Positions 37,194 through 51,600 of a stretch of DNA of 64,000 bases are shown in pieces. This DNA is from Syncephalis fuscata S228 (taxonomy: Eukaryota > Fungi > Zoopagomycota): NCBI GenBank assembly GCA_025786725.1, contig JAHLTZ010000064.1, forward strand, positions 1 through 64,000, read 5' to 3'. The translations under genes and the position numbers were made by a program. Position 1 is the first letter of the stretch. Each line of letters opens with the position of its first letter. The notes beneath the pieces are model-generated. The model was not told the origin of the DNA, did not search any database, and worked only from the letters and a program-made list of their open reading frames with translations.

Positions 37194-37573
37194 CGTAACC
37201 TCTATTATGCTGCTATTTTCCTTCAATCACTAATTAGTATTCTAATGCAACCACTGTGGCATTCGACAAAACGTCACAATACTTAACAACCTAACTGTAG
37301 GATTGATTAGAAAATAATTAGCAAATACATGCTATTTATTTAAATAAAGCAATACAATCAATTAAAATAGTGGTGTCAAAAGCCATCATTGTACTCATTG
37401 TATACATTTTATTATAATGATGTTAATTTGGTAAATATGTTTTAAAATATCTATATACGGAAGATAAACAGCAGCCATTTGAAAGTAAATTAACAAATAA
37501 AATAAAAAGCAAACAATGGTTTTGTTTGACTAGTGTTCTAATTTTGAATCAATTATATGATTATAATTTACTT

Positions 37574-39632
37574 CTATTGATAATAAATTTCTTGTTGTTC
37601 TGGTAATTGAATATTTTGATAGCCACATAGTTGAGGCCATCGTCTTTTTCTAGAAGCTCGCCAATCAAGAAAGCGAGGAAATGTTTTACTGTACATTTGT
37701 TGTATAACCTGCTCGACTGCCTGGTCAAAAACACTTGCATCGGCAGTACCACGTGCAAAACGCTCTTCAATATATTCTCGTGTTACCACATCTAGTTGCA
37801 CTTGATAACCAGCGTTTTGTCGAACAAAGGTTACATAGATACGAGCAAGATCCTCTCGTATATAGGGGGGTAGTGACATTTCCGCCGCAATAAAAGGCTC
37901 CGCACGTTGACGCACACGAGCACAGCGGTGGTAAAATAGTACATTTTCAACGGTAAATTCCATTACCGTAAAGTTTTTTAGCTAAATAGTAATTGTAAAC
38001 AGAGCTTAGTAAGTCAGCTAACTATTGCACTTGGCATATTGCTTACCAGTTCTAACTCGGCAGGATTTTGCAAAAGTGCCCTAAAAGCAAGTTCTGACGT
38101 ATCGTGCGATTTACGCTGTAATTCCATAAACGCCAATATAATCGGATAAATAATTGTAATGATGTAGGCAATAAAAATACCGATGGCCATTACAAGGTAA
38201 GCATAGCGTCGTGCTGACACTGCTAAGCCTGGGACAAATTGCAAGATGCGGATGCTGATTTGAAATGGCAGCTGGATAGACCAAAGTAATAGCATTTCGA
38301 GCCGCATACCAAAAACGTCACGACTATAATAGAGTGACCAAAAAGAAAACGGGATAAGAATACAGGATAAAACATCTGTAGTAAGTTCAACAGCCACAAA
38401 CTGCCAGCGATTAAAGCAGGTTTCATAAGGCTGCAACTCTATCGGCGCAGAAAAGTGCCAAAAGGCCATTACAATGGTTGTTTGCAGTAGTATTATAGTC
38501 ACAACATAGTACAAGATCCAACGCAATGTAAGATAGTATCGGTACTCCCGCACAAGATCTATAAAAACTCGGCCCGTAAACATAATAGCAATTATATTTT
38601 GATTAACATCAGGCAGTGACCCATTTTGCGTCGATCCTGACCAACGACTATTATAACTACTGTTGCTATTTTCACTGGTCATCCAGCACATACCGAACCG
38701 ATTTAACGTGGGTGCCGAATCCATACTAATGATGGTATCACGTTTATTGGTATACGGCCCATGACTGACGCCTGATACTTGATCGTCATAGGTAAATTGC
38801 GCCTTTAATGAACAGGCCGACGCTGCAGAAAGTGGTCGGCCCACGTGTCGGCTACCACCACTGCTGCCCATCGTCGTAGTGGTGGCCGCTTTTGTACCAT
38901 TAACGTAAGCAGAGCGAGTTTTCATCGCTCTAGCTGATCGGGTCGCCCCACAAAGCTCCATGGCCGTTTGTAATTCACTATCGTAAGCGGCATCAAGCGA
39001 CATGGCTCGTCGCTCATCGCTAAGGGAGCGCCATAGGCGATTATCACTATCGTAACTATTAGTGTTCACGGTATGGCTATTACTAGCGTTAAAAGCACTC
39101 ATAGTATGGTCCGCCTTGTTTGCGGTGGCCGCCAATTCTTGTACAAAATTGATTGGCCCACCACTATGTCGACGTAAATTAACATGGCCCAACGCCATTG
39201 ACCGATCACTTCTTACCGTCGGATTGGAACGACGCCACCGTATTTCACTATCCAAAAATAGTATAAGTAAATTTAGTACACGGCCACCATAAGTCACTAC
39301 CCAGGTCGGCATTAACGTGCCAAGTACTAGATAGTTGATATAGCAGCCAGAACCATCCATCGGTAGTGTTTGCCGACTAATAGAATAGAATATTAGCAGC
39401 GCGCAGATCACCAACATCATTAGACTAAGGGTCAAGCTGCGATGCCGAATATACGGTTCATGGCGTAAATAGACCAACAATCCACCGCTAATCACTACAA
39501 GTACGCTAATACCAATGAACCAGTAAAGGTCAAGTGGATATCAGTCAGCGTACTAATTTCCGGTATAAATTGCCAATCTTTATTTGATATCAACGATGTC
39601 GATGGTGCTGACCATAGCGCTGACGATGTCAT
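37574..39632 (-). CDS. 7TM-RGS protein (GprK/AtRGS1-like architecture) with an apparent 1-nt frameshift near 39541; intron 38046-37982
   Basis: Several TM segments followed by an RGS box: EFTVENVLFY, ARIYVTFV, QVQLD, VFDQAVEQVIQQMYSKTFPRFL. The N-terminus and start position are uncertain. Confidence 0.8.
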
Positions 39633-40085
39633 GTCCCTATCTAACCCTCGAACAATACAATAACTGCAGCAGTAATAATAGTAGTAGTAATAACAATTAT
39701 ACAAACAACAAAGAAGTAAAAGTAGCAATGTAGGCTTAGATGCGTTTATTTCAACGTTGTTATCAACCATGTCGCGCTTTGCCGACAATGGCTGCAAGTA
39801 CGATGCAACATGCATAGAACATTGCGCACGCCCACTCCCATGCATAATTGTTTTCCCATCTGCTGGTAAAAAAAACCTGCCTGTGCTTATTTATTTCCGT
39901 GGCCATTATATGATTCAGCCTGAACTATTAACAACAACAACAACAAACTCTAGCCTTGATAGATACACATTCATACTGATGCACGCATAAACAAGTAAGT
40001 TGCATATTTTTATTGCAAGAGCCATTAAATGACTCCATTGTTGTTATTACTATTATTACTATTCTCTATTTATTACTAACTCGAT

Positions 40086-42812
40086 TTAACGTCGACGACG
40101 ACCTTGATTGCTCATAAGTACAAGTGTTTTCTTGCCTTTACGATTGGTGCGTGTCTCTTCTGGAATGTCCATGGTCCATGCACTTAGCCGTTGTTCGTGT
40201 TGGCGACTAACTGCCTCGGTGGCCGATGTGCGTAGTGCACTGGCAAAAGAAAACTGCTGATTGGCTGTTGAAGTTCCTTCCATGGTCGAGTTGGCATCAC
40301 TGGCTGCACTGGCCCAAGCTTCACGGACAGCAGCAGCATCGTCTGAGGATGTGGTTGTTGTGGTTGTTGCTGTTGCATCTGTATAGACCAGTGAAGGCGC
40401 AGGGAAGTGACTTGCATCGTAATCTATTGGATGATTATTAATGGCACTGCCACCATGCTGTTGGGCCATAACACGTTCAATACGTGCTTGTTCTCGTCGT
40501 TCTCGTCGCTGTTTTGACTTGAAGCGTTGCTTTCGCTCACGTAATGCCGCTACATTAAAAAGTAAATAAATGATGGTGTAAAATAACAAGTAAAACTTAC
40601 CTGTAAATTTACTCAATGTCTGCGATGAAATAAGACTTGGCAGATCAATATCAATAAACGTAACATCACAGCCAAGTGGTAAATGGCTAAGAAATTTAAA
40701 TCTTTTTCTCAATTCCTAATAGCAAATACTGATTAATAATCAATAATACACTATAATCCATGTCTATGATAAATACCTCAGTTACCGTCGACTCTTCACA
40801 GCTAAGTGGCGTCACTTGAATCATTTCAGGTAGCTTTTCTGGTTGATTGTCATATTCTTGACGCAATGCCCGCATATACAGTGGATGCAAAAAGATATAA
40901 CGTCCATCTTCACTTTGATAAAAGTAAAAGTCTTCTGCTGCTGATCCTTTAGTATTTGCCGTTGTTGTTGCTGCTTCATCGCCTGTTACTTGTGGCGATG
41001 AAGGTGATGACGGCGTTAATGGTTCCTTCATCGATGCCGAATCACTGTGCAAAGAACATTTATTTACAAATGATTCAAATGGATGACCATCATCCTCGTC
41101 GGCTGATTGTTTCCAATTGATATTCGGTGTCTATATTATGTAGTAAACTGTATTTAGTATACACACTAGCTGATTAATCATTTATCGCTACTTACAATGG
41201 GCAGCTTTGTATCTGCATTCTCATCAGAAGTATTTAATGTTATTGCTGATTCCATTGACAATTTACGCTCTTGTTTTGACTGTTGCCAGAACTTGCGCAT
41301 CTTTTCGAATGCATACTCCATATTAGCAACCCATTGCTCTTGTACATTTTGTTTCTTTTCCTATTGGATGATGTCATGCGTCAGTTATCATATTTCTGCA
41401 TAGACTTTGTACCGCTGCCTACACGAATGATCGCAATGGCCGCCTCCAAATAAGGAACTTCCTCGGGTGCCTGCCAAGCATCTGTCTCTTTAATGGCCGT
41501 TTGTAGCGCGGCCAATTCAATATCCAGTTCTATTTTATACCGATCCCGTGATGCCAAAGCAATTTTACTGAATTGTAGTGCATTTGGATGAGCATCCCAT
41601 GGTAATAATGCATGATTTGACGCGATACGAAGTGTATGCGGAAAGTTGCGAGGCAGTTGCGATTCATGAGGCAATGCAAAAATACTTGTCTATTAATAAA
41701 TCAGCCATTACTAATTAATCATTATTAATTACAATTTGTTAAACTTACCAGATCCCTTTGAATGAGTCGCATACGTATTGTTTCATTAGTTCTAGAGGTA
41801 GTGCCATCATCATTATTTGATAGATGCTGTTGTACAGATGCCATATTCTGTCCATTGACAAATACTACACCGCGTAATGCATTCTTCATAATTGGATCCC
41901 AACAGATGGGACATTTACGCCAATGGCGTCTTGCAACACCAATATCCTCCTCACGCTTTCTGCGCTGCTCATCTTCTGCTGTATTTGTGTCCAAATAGCG
42001 TAAAACACAATTAAAACAAAACACATGTCCACATCGCGTTACTCGTGGTGCCACTGGTTTTGATAAGCAAATCGGACAACTAGGTTCTTCACTCGTAGTA
42101 ATAATCTAGTTAATTGTTATAAATAATATTGATATAGATACCGATTTATTATACAGTACTTACTACTTGTTCAACATCAGTCCATTCTATTGGCACATCT
42201 GGATCAACAGCTTGTACAGTATAGTCTCCACTTGGACGTACAATAAATCGGAAACTGTTGGCTTATTCAGCTTTCTATTTATGATAGCTGCATAATAAAC
42301 TTACTTGGCATTAATAAACCGCTCTTTATTAAACGGCGTATATTGCCCACGACGACGACGTGGTCCCAATAGATTTGATGCCTGACGTGGCGGCAGCGTA
42401 AAATTAAGCATGTGTGTTAACGATACCTGCCCTTTACGGCCAGTTGAGCCGCGTACTATCTGAATAGCAATGTTAGCAGCTGCAGCTACCGTTATCTAAA
42501 CAGCCGACTTACCGTTGATTCATCTGATATATGATCTGATGCATCTGATGAGCCTACAGCATCGGTGGCATAGCGTGCAACATTTAAGTGCTGTTGTCCA
42601 CTTGTATGGCGATTTGAATTGCGATTCTGTTCACGATCCTGACCACGTCCACGACCACCACGGCCCCGTCCACGTCCACGTCCACGTCCACGTCCTCTTG
42701 ATCGGCTTGAATTCAACTCATTGGTTGTTGCCGCTGATGGTCTGTGTCTCCCTGCGCTGCCTCCAACGTGGCCAGCGCCACCATTGGTGAATACTTCGCC
42801 TCTGCCGTCCAT
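40086..42812 (-). CDS. MAG2: RING finger E3 ligase, Mag2/RNF10 family, multi-exon
   Basis: SLTHMLNFTLPPR, FNKERFINAN|FRFIV, RING CPICLSKPVAPRVTRCGHVFCFNCVLRY...WRKCPIC, FYFYQSEDGRYIFLHP, RKRFKFLSHLPLGC. Confidence 0.88.
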
Positions 42813-43370
42813 GGCTAACAACCGCAGTTGTTAGCCGACCCCGATAAGACTCGGTAGCAATAAAACGCTCCAACACAGCTGGCAAGCAAGGGCCGAAAGT
42901 GACGAAGCGACCAACGACGATTCGTCACTGCACGCTAACCAACGACGACAAGGGCCAAAACGTTGTGCGTATGTTGGTGTGTGGCTAACTGCGCCAAAGA
43001 ATCGGCCGTTAACTTGCCAATGCACAAGCAAACAAGCAAGTAATAGGCAAGCTGTAATATGGATAGACACACTGAAGAATCACAGCAACAATACAGATTA
43101 TTATGCGTAAATTATCAACACTGGAACAACGACAAATAAAAAGCAACGTCTACGCAAACAGAAGGAGAAAGTTGAGCCAGCTAACTTGTAGTTGTTACTG
43201 GGCTAAAGTCAAGCTATTGTGGAAGGAATACGTTTAATCGTAGTGAGTCATACTTTTATTCGCTAGCTATTGTTTATCCACACACACAATCTATATGCCT
43301 ATGTACCATTTATTTTACAGACCTGTAGATTAGCCAAATTACTATAAAGCAACACCACTACTTGTACGAC

Positions 43371-43855
43371 ATGCTGAATCTACTCAAAGTAGGTTATTGT
43401 TGGTAATATTGATTTATAAAACACGCTTATAATTAATATGCTATTGATTTGAAATATAGCGAACGGAACTTACGCTGGTCTCTATCACTACATTATGCCA
43501 GTTTCGGCCACTGTCTACGACATTATCAGCGAGCCTGCGTATTAGACTTGACGATCAAGGCAATTCGGCTTCAGTGCCTGATAAGCCGCAGCCTGTTGAT
43601 GCAGATCTTTGTTGTATGAGTGGGTGTGCCCGATGTGTATGGGACGTTTACGCTGAAGAGATGCAAGCGTACGAGGAAGGATTACGCAAGCTACAAAAGC
43701 AATTAGCGGATGACCATCAGCCAGAACCTCGATTGTTGACACGTCTAATACGTGAGATTGATTCGGGAGCACTATCAAGCGATGTAGGAGGACCTGATGC
43801 ATCAATGCGGGCTTTTATTCAGATGGAACAGAAATTAAAACAAAATACTTCTTAA
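43371..43855 (+). CDS. Oxidoreductase-like domain protein (OXLD1/YPL107W-like), two exons
   Basis: PDKPQPVDADLCCMSGCARCVWDVYAEE motif. Exon 1 43371-43388 joins in frame to 43460. Confidence 0.85.
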
Positions 43856-46168
43856 ATTATCATTCGTAGTAATAATATTGCCACTTGACATTGTAACTAT
43901 TACATTATATGATGAATGGGAATAGGTTACAACTACCTATTGGAACATATAAGCTATAGAGTGTGTCTAGTATGTCGTAGAATGATATATAGTAGTGTGG
44001 AATAGAGCGGTAATAATATAGGCGAATAGAAGATATATACATATTGGATAATACATCTATGCCAATAAATATTTTAAACTTTGATTCACTCACCACTCGT
44101 TATTATGTTCAACAGAGCAATTGTCTAGCTCAACTGCATGGATGCATCAAATTTAATCGTTTGCCTTCAAAGCACATTCAATGGCTTAATAGGTTGTTTA
44201 TTATCAGTGTAATAACAATAGCAGAAACAACTAGTACTATTATTAAAGGGAAGATGTCTGTATTTATATGAACGCAACTAATAGTAGTATGTTAATAAAT
44301 AAGAAATGCTACATTTATTTATTTAAAAAGAAATACATAAATAATGATAGACTAGTACAAACCGGATGACTGTACAGCATATTGTGGCCCTGTTCTTGCC
44401 AAATCTAAATATCGCTTAAATCTATATCTATTGAAGAGGGTCAGTAAACGAGATGAGCCACATGTGCCAATGATGTTTGCTGCTTGACTACACCGCAATA
44501 AGTAGTGGTTGTCCAAACAACATTTGCTCTGCACCATCAGATATCAGATATCTTCAAGCGCAAACCTTATTTCGCCTCAACAGCCAGATACTCAGCAAGG
44601 CAACCTCGCAAACAAACACACGGTAAGCGTACCAATGTTACTATACAAAAGACCAATCAACTATGTGCAGACAAGCGCCTTCTACAGCATGCTGGAGTAC
44701 ACACTGCGTGATATATAGCTTCTAGAACACTGCATATCCAGCGCTTCATAGCCAAAAGGCACAACTGCATCGCACCTCCCACGCCCGTTTACCGACCTTA
44801 GTACATATAGCAGCAACCAGCAGTGATCTTGTAATCATTAGACGTCTGGCGAGTGCAAAGCATATTGGACAACAAATGGCAGTAAGAGCGAATGAGTGTA
44901 GTGTATATCGAGTGGTAAAGAGTAGAAAGAGAAGATAAAGGTGCAGTGTTGGTTCGGAGGAGCGGTAAAGCCAGCTTATGTATTGTGATAGTTGTGGAAA
45001 ATGTCGTAATAAAACATGAGTCATCTAAAACCGTCTATGACCAATGTACTACATAATTGCTTTTAGTCTTCCGTATAAGCAAATACAGCTATTTCAATAG
45101 GATCTTCAGTACATGTAACTATTAGTGTAATATGTAGTAAACCATGTGTTTTCTTGTACACCTATTGTAAAAGTCTTTATTGCTATCATTACATTGTCTG
45201 AACATTAATATTGGTAAGCTCTTTACAACGCGATAAGCTGATGGATTAAATCTAGATTACACGGCTTAACCGACTAAGCGTAAAAATGATCTATGCTAAA
45301 CTTTACATGTAGCATAGCAAGTAAATCTGTCTATTTGGCAATATCAGTTATGGCTTTATTTCAAACAATGCCGATCATTTAGATGGCACGCAAAGCAGCT
45401 AAATGGGACCAGTTTCAAGCTTGTAGCTACAGTAAATACCAATGGCTTATATGTTGAATACTAATGCAGTCCATCTAATAAAATCTTTAAAGCAAATTGT
45501 TTTTGGCCAAGTTTATTATTGCTTTAACTGTGTCGAATAGAGTAGCCAGCACTGTCTACGGCCACATGGTAAATATACGTACACTTTGTCCTTATGCTCA
45601 AGTAGCTATAGCGCAATACATGATTACTCTGCAATAAGCTATACTAATCAAATTTGCGCACTTTCTATTATATTTTAGTTTCTATTTTCTAACTACACAG
45701 GGAACAGGTATGTAACTAACTACTTTTTATTATTAGTAAATAGTATTCGAGTTTTTCTAATTTATATTTTATTTATTTAAATGTATTTATAATTGTTATT
45801 ATATTGTGATTTGGAAGTCAAATGACTAGATTTAACAGTATTTACATATTTAAACTAATATTAGTTCTATTGAACATGAAATTATGTAATAAATAAAATC
45901 GGGCATCAAAATATTTATACAATAAATATGATTATTTTTATTTTGTATATGTATTGTAAACACTTTTACATCATTACATTCGCGCAATATTGCAATATTA
46001 ATACTCACATTTTCTTTACTATTAGCTCTTACCAATTCCATATCAAGCTATTTGACGTTAGCCAATATAGCAATAATTAGTTATAAGCAATCAACCCAAT
46101 AAATACTTGTAACAAAGCAATAAATTTACAAGCTCGTATTATTTACTTTATCAGTCGGTATACCTTAA

Positions 46169-46471
46169 TATGGCTTGTATACTTAAGATATAGCAAAATA
46201 GTTGCCGAATTCGAGTTCTCCATGCTTGGATGTACAGTTTGATATAAAATATAAAGCAATAATTTTTGCAAAAAAATTAGTCAAAAATGCAGTTTGTGTA
46301 AATATTTGTTATGCGTATATGTATATGAAATAAATTGCCATTGTATATCAATATTTTTGACTAATTTCTTTGCAAAAATTATTGCTTTATATTTTATATC
46401 AAACTGTACATCCAAGCATGGGAACTCGAATTCGGCAACTATTTTGCTATATCTTAAGTATACAAGCCATA
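46169..46471. repeat. Long near-perfect inverted repeat (arms ~120 bp, loop 64 bp), foldback/MITE-like
   Basis: 46169-46288 is the reverse complement of 46353-46471 with one substitution and one 1-nt indel. Confidence 0.95.
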
Positions 46472-46563
46472 ATCGGCAAAAACTGATATTTTTACACATT
46501 TATTAACGTATTATCCTAACCATTGCAGCATTACGCAATACAGTTGTGGTGTCATGGATAAGA

Positions 46564-48644
46564 CAACTAACTAATTAGTAAAATAGAATAGATTAAAGAC
46601 TGATACTTTATTATAAGATGAGTAGATTGTGTATGTGTTGATAGTGAGCATGTGCTACGCATAATTTGAATATAGGTATATGTCGAGCAATTCAAGAGAT
46701 AACCTCTATATCTATATTTAGACCATGACACTGTAACAACATCTAACCATTTTTATTGCCTAATGAAGACAACTTTGCCTACAGTTGCCGATGCTGTTAA
46801 TAACGACTAGCTAGCAGCAAACAATAATTTATACATTAACTACTTACAATAGTGTACATGTTCATTTGAGTATATAACAATTGATGTTAAAGCATCAGCC
46901 TTCACTCTATTCTATTTTACTAATTAGCAAAGCAAGTAATATACTAAACAACAAACTGCACCGCTGTTGGCAGCTAGTTAGTTGTATTGATATATTGCAA
47001 CCATTGCATATACCGTTTTATTGATGTATATTATTATAAGCACCGTGATATTAAGTTGTTTTCATCTTGCTACTGTATCTACCTTGATTATAGTTGTTAA
47101 GCAACGGTCACTTTCTTATAATGTTTTAACATTTAGCGTCAGTCTAAATATATTATTCATTTTATTGCAATAGCAATAAAACTAAGTTGTCGGCAACTGT
47201 AGACCAGTATTCAGCTACTTGACTTGTAGTACAGTATTAACATATTACAATTAGCTACATTTAATATAAATACAGCTGCGTCATTCATATAAACAATAAC
47301 ATCGATGGTTTATTCGGTTATTTTATTTGTGCCAAGTACAATACATTAATACTAAACAACTTGTTTGCAATTTAATACGATTGAGTTCATATGACTACTC
47401 TCGACAGCACTCTAACGGTTTAACTACGTATTTGTATGTATGAAATAAGATCGAATGATAAGCGATATTAGGCATCGAAATACTTGTTATTATAGATTTA
47501 GTATTTGTATTTATGTATCATTCATTCATTTATATCATTACTATTCTGTATTTATTATATTGTATATTGATTGATCATGTAATAAGCACAGCTTATTTAC
47601 AGCTAGTATTTATTAGCACTGGTTCTATTTGCTATAGTTTCAACTCATTGTACCTACTCAATTGTCTATGTATAGCTCACTGCTATCTTATTCATTCATC
47701 CCGTTCTAGACTATTCTATACTCTACTCATCATGCTAATTAGTAAATTTGTTTATTTGCTACTAGCTATATTGTCTGTAGGCTTTGACTTGATTTACTCA
47801 GACATTTACACACATGCACATGTTATGCTTTTGTTACTGATAGTTTCATAGGCTATAGAGCCTGTAATTGCTAACAACAATGGCCAAGTAGTATTATGTG
47901 TTTAAATATACTACAGTCTACAAATCCAAACGTGCTAGAATTTGTACTAATTGCTACGTTGAAAATGCCAGTGTTCAGAAAGAAATACTGATGAACAAAA
48001 CTACTTAAGTGGCGAAATAAAGCAAAAAATCAGCAAATAGGTAGCAGAGCATGTAGCCATTACAGCTATTATGCCAACAGCTGTACATGATGGCTGTGAT
48101 AGTTATATGCTGCCAAAGTCATTCCATAGATCGCCACTGCAAATTGTGCTGACAACAGTATGTATTGTCCCGACAGCAATAAATCGTACTACCATTGTTG
48201 AGATAGAAAAGCTATTTCCAATAGGCCTGCAATTACATTCAATAACAAAAACAAAGTATATATTCAACATAGCATCAAAGCAAGCCAGAAACGTACTTAC
48301 TGTGTTAAAGAAGCCGCCAGTACCAATAATCGAAATAAAGATGATGATTAGCAAATAAGGCAAGATTACAAAAGAGCAATACAAAAGAGTAATGTAAATA
48401 GTGTTTGTAGTTAGCTATTAGTCAGTCAACTACTGACACTATCTAACTGGTATATATGGAATGTACAAGCATATGCAATGGATATATGATGTCAAGTATG
48501 AAGAAAGAGAAAGGGAACTGTGATGACGTAGATTGTATGTTATATTGTTAACATGAATGAATTAAAACAATGATGTCATTTGACACTGAAACTACTCATT
48601 AGCATAGAACGAGTTGTCAGCATAATAATGAGTCTATTGAAAAG
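46564..48644. repeat. Dispersed repeat B, copy 2, beginning with an intact ~360-bp inverted-repeat-bounded element (46571-46928)
   Basis: 46564-46760 matches 17451-17642, and 46731-48644 matches 24088-~26000. CTAATTAGTAAAATAGAATAGA at 46571 is inverted at ~46906-46927. Confidence 0.9.
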
Positions 48645-48656
48645 TCATATAACATG

Positions 48657-51600
48657 ATGAGTGGGCTGAATGAAGTATACTAGAATATATAATAAACAAA
48701 ATGTAGCTAATGTGGCATAAAATGGGAATAGCATAAGTGAATAGAGTATATATGTGTACTGAATACATGCATACTGGATAATAAATCTACAATGATGAGT
48801 GCTTTGGACCCTGATGTCATTCATCACCTATCATCAGGTTCAACTGAACGGATGTTTAATTTAAATGTATAAATAATATATACAATCATTTGAACCATTA
48901 AATCACATTAAACAACTTACTAGTCATTTAATGTAAAAAATGGCTATTTTTAATTAATTAGTAAGATGATATATACAATATTCTGATACAAATTATAAAT
49001 AAAATAGCAATGTCTATATAAACAGTGCGAATAAATTGAAATGCTAATGAGGGAATTGTTCAAGCAATAAAATAAAGCACAGAAGACAATCAGTACAGAA
49101 ATAGCAGCATGTAATTGGCACAATTATTGCACTAGCAACTATAATTATGCAATAGTAGTTATTTCGTAAGTACTGTCAGTATGATTACTAAACAAGCTTA
49201 TGCACCAAATCTGTAATGCTGATTCATAGCAACCCAACCCAATCAGCATTTTTTTCAATATAAGTAAAAGCGTAGGAGTGTATTTAGTGAATAGATTCCG
49301 TCAAGTGTAAAGGAAATGAAGTGAAAGCAACGTAGATTATTGGCTGTGTAATTAACAGAAAATAACTATAAATATGTGAAACATAAATATTAATGGCAAA
49401 ATAATAAGCAGAGTATGGATATTAGAAAGCAATCGATCCAAAGTGACGGTAAAGCATAGAACATATAATTAACAAGGTAATGTTGCACCACCAATATATT
49501 TGCGAATAAAGGAAATAATACAAAAATATGACAAAACAAAAACCAAGTGCTATTTAACTGTAGTTTTACATCATCTAGATAGCTTATATACAAATAAATG
49601 AAAACAAAGTCATGTTAATAAAGTCATCAGCTTTCAGACAGGCAAATTTTAACGTCACACATGGTACTTTATGCGTACTCCAAAATGCTTATGAACACAA
49701 AGCATTAATGAAATAAGTCTGCTACTAACTTGCGTTATATTATCATAACTTTTAAATTAGCAGCGTTTGTCTCAACTTTAAACCCGGTTGTTTAATACTA
49801 TTTTTATGCTAACGAGCATTATAATTTTACATGAGTACTATGTTTTTTTACCACTCTTTTGTTTACTTTTTTGTTTACTTATCTTGTTTATCCATTCGTT
49901 TAACGCAAAGTTAACTGCTATTTAAACATTTTCTCTCGCGCGACTATATTCAATCCTTAAATCTTATTTTATAACGCAAGCACTTTTATTGCGTTGCTTC
50001 TGTCATTTAAACAATAGTTTATTTTTGTTATTCCAACAAACGCGTATATGACATGCAATGTTTTTGTTTTCACACTTATCCTTCTCCTATACTCTTCTTG
50101 TATCTTCTTTTATCGCCATCAGTCTCTGCGTCTTAAATACAGCTGCTTATTTTCCGATTAAATACATACAAGCTGTATACTTGCCGCGTACAAAAGGTAA
50201 GTGGTTACGGCACAATCGTTATGTTTATTTGTATCATACCAATTAGGTAATCATCAGTAACACAAGCACAAACAAGAACTGTATAAACATGCCACGTACT
50301 GTACAAGCAAAGAAATTGTTGCAGCTGCGATAATCGCCAATAAAGCGTGGCCACAAGACACAAAAAAAAAGCTTTTCACCGCCGCAGCTCAAAAACAATC
50401 AAAACAGATTTACTTCAGGTGCTGGACAGCGCGAATCAACAAGTACGTGGCAGTTTAGTCACTGCATCAACAACATTGAAGGCTCAATTGTCGAATTCTA
50501 CGGCTATTGAAATAATCAAAAAAACTTTGATTCCGTTGATCAAGAAACACAGAACGGCTAACCAAGCACGCTCCATGATACAGTCATTGTTGCCGGCTGA
50601 ATCATTGACTACTAACAGCACAAATAAGCTGATATGCCACGCTCAACCAGCGCGGTGCGTAAAACACCGTAGCAATAAAGCATCGCCGCCTTCTACAAAA
50701 AAGGCATTCAAGAAGGGCAGCCGGGTTGTCAAGCATCAAGTAAAGGAAATGATCAAACAAAGGCTGGCCAAAAGCAATCAATGGCGCTCAATGCCAAACA
50801 ATCCTGCCGAACAGAGTGATAATATTCTAATTAAAATAAACAAGGCAAGTCAATAATAAGTAGTATGATGACTTGTATTAACAACTACTATTAGGAAAAG
50901 GCACCGATATTTTGTTATACCGATGATACCACTCTGGCTATTAGCCAACCGAGTGATGAAAATGGCTGTGTAGGGAGCATATTGCTCAAAAGCGCAAGCT
51001 GAGTCGGCTTGACTCGGCAAATAATGAGCAAACTATTAAAAACACAAGGTAAGCAATCATTTAATTTTGCGTAGTAATACTAACGTTTGATAATCAAATT
51101 GGATGCACTACTTGCTATTCCATGCTCAAAACCCAGAATCTCCAGGCAACGAATGGAACTGCTGCATGTTAGCATTATCTCAATATGCTACCATCTACAT
51201 AGACATTTTTTACATCGACAGCCATTCCCAACACCCTCTCGTCAAATCACATACACAAACCATATTTGCTTTACGATGAGTTGGGACTGACTACGACAGC
51301 GCTAGCCATAGAATTTTCACAAGTTAGCGACAAGCCGCTACTTTACACTGCCAAAGAGATAGCTGCAAAAGCTGACCAGGGAATATACATTACTCCTTTA
51401 AAAAGACAAATTGTATTGGTGGCTCAAGTTCGCCACCTTCCAATATACGAACGAATAGACGTATTTGTAAATGGACAAGCAAGCGTAAGTATCTAATACA
51501 CACTATAAACGAATATAAATACTAACGCAGCATTGTATTCAGTAGTCATTTCTATAAACGTATTACAGGTCTTGAGGCAAGCCCACTATACAATCAAACA

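Noticed and set aside
42644-42695. (CGTGGA)n hexamer run encoding RGRGRG in MAG2/RNF10
   Set aside because: An ordinary RG-rich low-complexity segment.
44352-45024. Several short ORFs on both strands in a moderately GC-rich patch
   Set aside because: I could not assemble a consistent spliced gene or recognise a domain. It may be a decayed gene or element, but support is insufficient.
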